DNA of 64,000 bases, taken from positions 1,271,250-1,335,249 of the forward strand of contig NW_003314298.1 in NCBI RefSeq assembly GCF_000143415.4, in the 5' to 3' direction. The stretch is from Selaginella moellendorffii (taxonomy: Eukaryota; Plantae; Lycopodiophyta). Position 1 is the first letter of the stretch; each line of letters starts with the position of its first letter. Below, piece after piece: positions 60,102 through 64,000 of this stretch. Under the pieces are notes generated by a model. The model was not told the DNA's origin and did not search any database. It saw nothing but the letters and a program-made list of their open reading frames with translations. A program made the translations under genes and the position numbers.

Positions 60102-63100
60102 TGTAGCACATGTGGTTTTGACCCTTTATCCTATGGTGATTTACCATAAGATAACACTACGAAGCGGAACCTAAACCCTCCATGTGCCACATGTCATATG
60201 CCACATGTTCATAAGACATTGGTGTGGAACCCGAGTTTCAAGGCCTTGGGTCACTAAATGAAGGAACGGTGCCAAACTCCCAAGCATGGAGCCAAGGAGC
60301 AGTGGCACTGGGGCACGGAATGACTTCTAAGCATATAGCCCAAGGAGTGAAGGGACAAGAGCACGGAGCAACTTGGAATAGTCCCAAAGCATCCAACATC
60401 CCAATGCCAGGACCAACATACAAAATGGAGCCAAATAGAGTCTAATGCTATTTCAGTATACTAGTGGCCTAACGCGAGGATATGGGTACTCCACCAGCTA
60501 GCATGGTGTAGAGCTTGGACTTAGACCCAAGCTGGACGCAAAACAAGGACAGACACACAAGCAGGAGCTAGATTATGCCTCAGGTTGATCAGCTATGCCT
60601 GACCTACCCACTATCCCTACTATACATTTGGAACCCCCTATATCCCCCCCTTTGAGGAACACACACTTTGGGCTTTCACCCCAAGCCTCCCTTAGTATCA
60701 GGAGTTAGTCTTTGGGATAAGCTCGAACTTACTAAATATAGAATGTCCCTAGATTGCGAATTTGAACACGAGACGAACACCATTGTGTTCAGGACAATTT
60801 CTACATTTCATAGATGTGCCAAATGAGCAAATCTAGACACTTTCTATAAATAGTATTTAGGACCGAAATGAGACTAACATAAAGGGTATGATAATGAGGA
60901 TGTTTGGCAAACACGGTAAGCTATCATGTAGCAGTATTGAAGGACTAGTCTCAATATGCAAGGTTCTTGTCACTAGCAAGTGCAAGACAAAACGAGATGG
61001 GAACTCCTTACCGGGCTAAGTATGCTTAGATAATAACACGTAGGAATTCTGTCCTTATACTCGTCTGGTCTAAATACACTCAAAATGCCCAGTTAACTCC
61101 ACTAGCACAAGAGGGATTGATAAAGGATCCAGCAATACCAACCTCTTGCCGTCATGGCAGTAAGGAAAAAGTGTCTGTAAGGACTAGCCGACAGCTAACT
61201 TTCGATACCTGAAATCACATTCGCGACACACACTCCCCCCCTAGGGAAGATCGATGTCCTCGTCAATATATACTCGAGTCTAGACCACTACCAAGGAAAC
61301 AACTCCAGAAAAAGTTCATGATGATCACACTATGTAAGAAATGCACCAACTTAAATGAGTTAGGAGGCAACCTCTTTGTCTAACGCAGATGCGCTACCAA
61401 CTCATACACCTTCCAGCCGTCGCCAACAAGGAAATGACCAACGAAGTTAGCCACCCTTGCTGCTCTGGGAGTCACCCAGCTTACAAAAGTGTGATACGCC
61501 CCTTAGGGACATAGAGAGAGAAGCTAGAGGCCCTAACCCTCATGAGCAAAGAAACCAAACCCGTCGGTAAGGTTTAGATAGACTACTATAAATAGGTAGT
61601 TAGAGTTGTTTACACGGTCATGCCCTTTTAACAGAATAAGGAACATCGACAAAGAAGCAAGTTTTGTGACCAATCGATAGTAGCTACCCTATGACTAAAG
61701 ATTTCACCATACACATGAAGTGCTAAAGTCAGGCTGCTTATACTGGCCCAAACTCAAAGATCAATAGATGGACAATATCAAAGTCATAGACAATGATATC
61801 TTAGAGACTTAATTATCAATGATTAAATCTTATATTAGAACACAAAAGTATTCCAAGTAAATTATCATCCGATAACCAGAATTAGAATATAGGAACCATC
61901 AAGATCACTATAGTTGGAAAACATAGAATTCACCATCTAACAAAATTCAATAGCCAATGTATCATTAAGAACACTCAATGATAAAACTTAACTACCAAAG
62001 ATGGCAGACAGTATGCCAAACAACTTACTAAAGATAACTCAAAGAACACAAAGTATCATTGATTGGCAAACAAAATGCTCGCGAATGTATCACCTGAAGG
62101 AAATAACATCCTAATCTATCAGAACTAACTCGAGCAACAATCAACAAAACAGAATAAATGTGGTAAGACCAACAAACACTTAGTCATGCCAACCATTCTA
62201 GTAGCCAATTTGAATAGATCCTGGTCAATAATACGAAAGAACCCAAATTTCTTTAGCAAGTGTCAGCAACATCCTACTAATATCTCAAACCCAAGAGACT
62301 AATCCAAAACAAACCACAAAGAACATGTCGTATTGCAAAAAGCTATAAGCCATCAAAGAGAACAATTAACCATCATGAAAGATCATTAATCATCCTATCA
62401 AAAAGAGATATGTAGAATCATTGTCTAAGAAGGAATCCACCATCCCAAAGAATAACAAATCATTCTAAATCAACAATAATCAAGCAAAACTTTTGACAAG
62501 GATAATCAATTATCCTAGATGATAGTCAATCATCACCAATGATTGCTAAATGCAAGTATTAACTTCAACATGGAAGCTCATGAGCCAAAATGCCTTCCCC
62601 AATAACTTCTAACGAATGAAACAATGAGCGCAAAACTCAAGGAACCAAAAGCTCGAAGAAGCCTATAGCTAAGTCTTGCTTAACAATGATCACAAGTCTT
62701 GCACGAACTAACTTCAATGCTAAAGAAGAAATCATGGTATAACTCACAACATCTTATTCAACATATCCATAAGCTAAACTTCATAATGCGAAAGCTAATG
62801 AAGAGCATGTTTGCATCAATCCAAAAGCTAAACATAACGAAGTTATGCTCAACAAGTGATCACTAAACGATCCTTCATGAATCCATCTATAGCAAGACGT
62901 AACTCACTTCATCACAAGCACAAAAAGAACTATCAATGATTGATATATCCCAAACTTGCCACTTAGTTCGTTTGAACATCAACATAGTTGCTAACTAGCA
63001 ATGCACGAAATGCCAATAGCACAAAGCTATAGCCAAATCATCAACACTATCTTCATCGAGACTAATGAAACTCAATATCAATCTTATAGAAAGACAGGAA

Positions 63101-64000
63101 TTTGCAATAGATGGCAATGTAGAAATAGGGAAATCAAAAAAAGTATATGTGCTCAAATCTTGGAAAATAGGGGATTTTTTATCTTAAAATACTTTGGCCA
63201 CCATGATATAAGCAAAAGATTTACACTACTCAACCTCCTCAACAACATTTGAGACAGGAAAATCAATAATAATGTTTATACTCTCAAGAGAATACATAAA
63301 TTCTTCAATAGCAATGGTAAAACAAAGGCTTTCAATAACACTAACAAGTGGGGACACAATCTGAAATTTTAGCTAAAGTGACTCAACCCTTGGAATATAG
63401 GAATACTCAACACTAGAATTGATCAAAGACTTTACCAATGAAACAAAAGTAAGATTCTCAACTTCATACACATACTCAACATTTAAATTAGTATGAGAAG
63501 GATATATAATACTCGATTCAAACTGGATTAAGAATGAGAATCATAAGAGTCACAAATGATCAACATGCCAAGAGAAAAAGAAAAACACTACAAATGAGGA
63601 AAAAACACTAAAAGTATGAAAAGGTAACTTAGGCCAAAAAATAAGGAAAGGTTGGGAAAGAGCATAAGGTAAAGAAAGAGGATCAAATGGCAAATTAAAG
63701 GATTGACACCTACCCTATAAAATCTCCAACTTATCTCCATAGTTATCTCTATAATAATTAAATTCCTCATCACAATTTAGAATCCATTCGAGCTCATAAA
63801 CATTATCTTCCCATAAATTCAATTCTCAAACATTCTTCAAGAACCTAACTATATCATCCATAGCTCACCAATTAATGTCATGACCACGCTCCATATTAAC
63901 AGGAGATGGTAGAACACCAAGATTAAAACAAGCTGTGTAATTACATCCCATGGAACTTGGAGACACCAACACACCAAGAATGGTTGCAACACTAATATGA
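60102..64000 (-). mobile_element. Family D 3' LTR (60102-61228), PPT and heavily decayed interior; family E gag remnant at the window end
   Basis: PPT complement CACACTCCCCCCC next to the LTR; shared LTR promoter block at 60610-60682. Confidence 0.65.

Overview
Land-plant nuclear DNA, most likely the lycophyte Selaginella (inferred from short GT-AG introns and compact GC-rich genes next to AT-rich TE nests; not database-checked). Layout: (1) 1-2000 holds a MULE/SWIM-type gene end and an AT-rich secreted bulb-type lectin ORF. (2) About 3300-30240 is a nest of LTR retrotransposons: 5S-carrying Cassandra TRIMs, decayed chromovirus-like LTRs, and a near-intact Ty3/gypsy element (A) with a -1 frameshift signal, interrupted by a chromovirus (B). 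(3) 30500-51000 is a gene island: PPR, CHX antiporter, truncated tRNA-Tyr, MCTP plus an inverted fragmentary copy, a trypsin-like gene, an XPB pseudogene, two NIF phosphatase copies and a MITE-disrupted stearoyl-ACP desaturase. (4) 51000-64000 is another decayed LTR nest with a 100-N gap. The most notable observation is that the integrase of element B is split by two short GT-AG introns (46 and 52 nt). Their exact removal restores the YHPQTDGQTER and KLTQRFAGPY motifs, so the element appears to need splicing for an active, chromodomain-bearing integrase while being copied from unspliced RNA.
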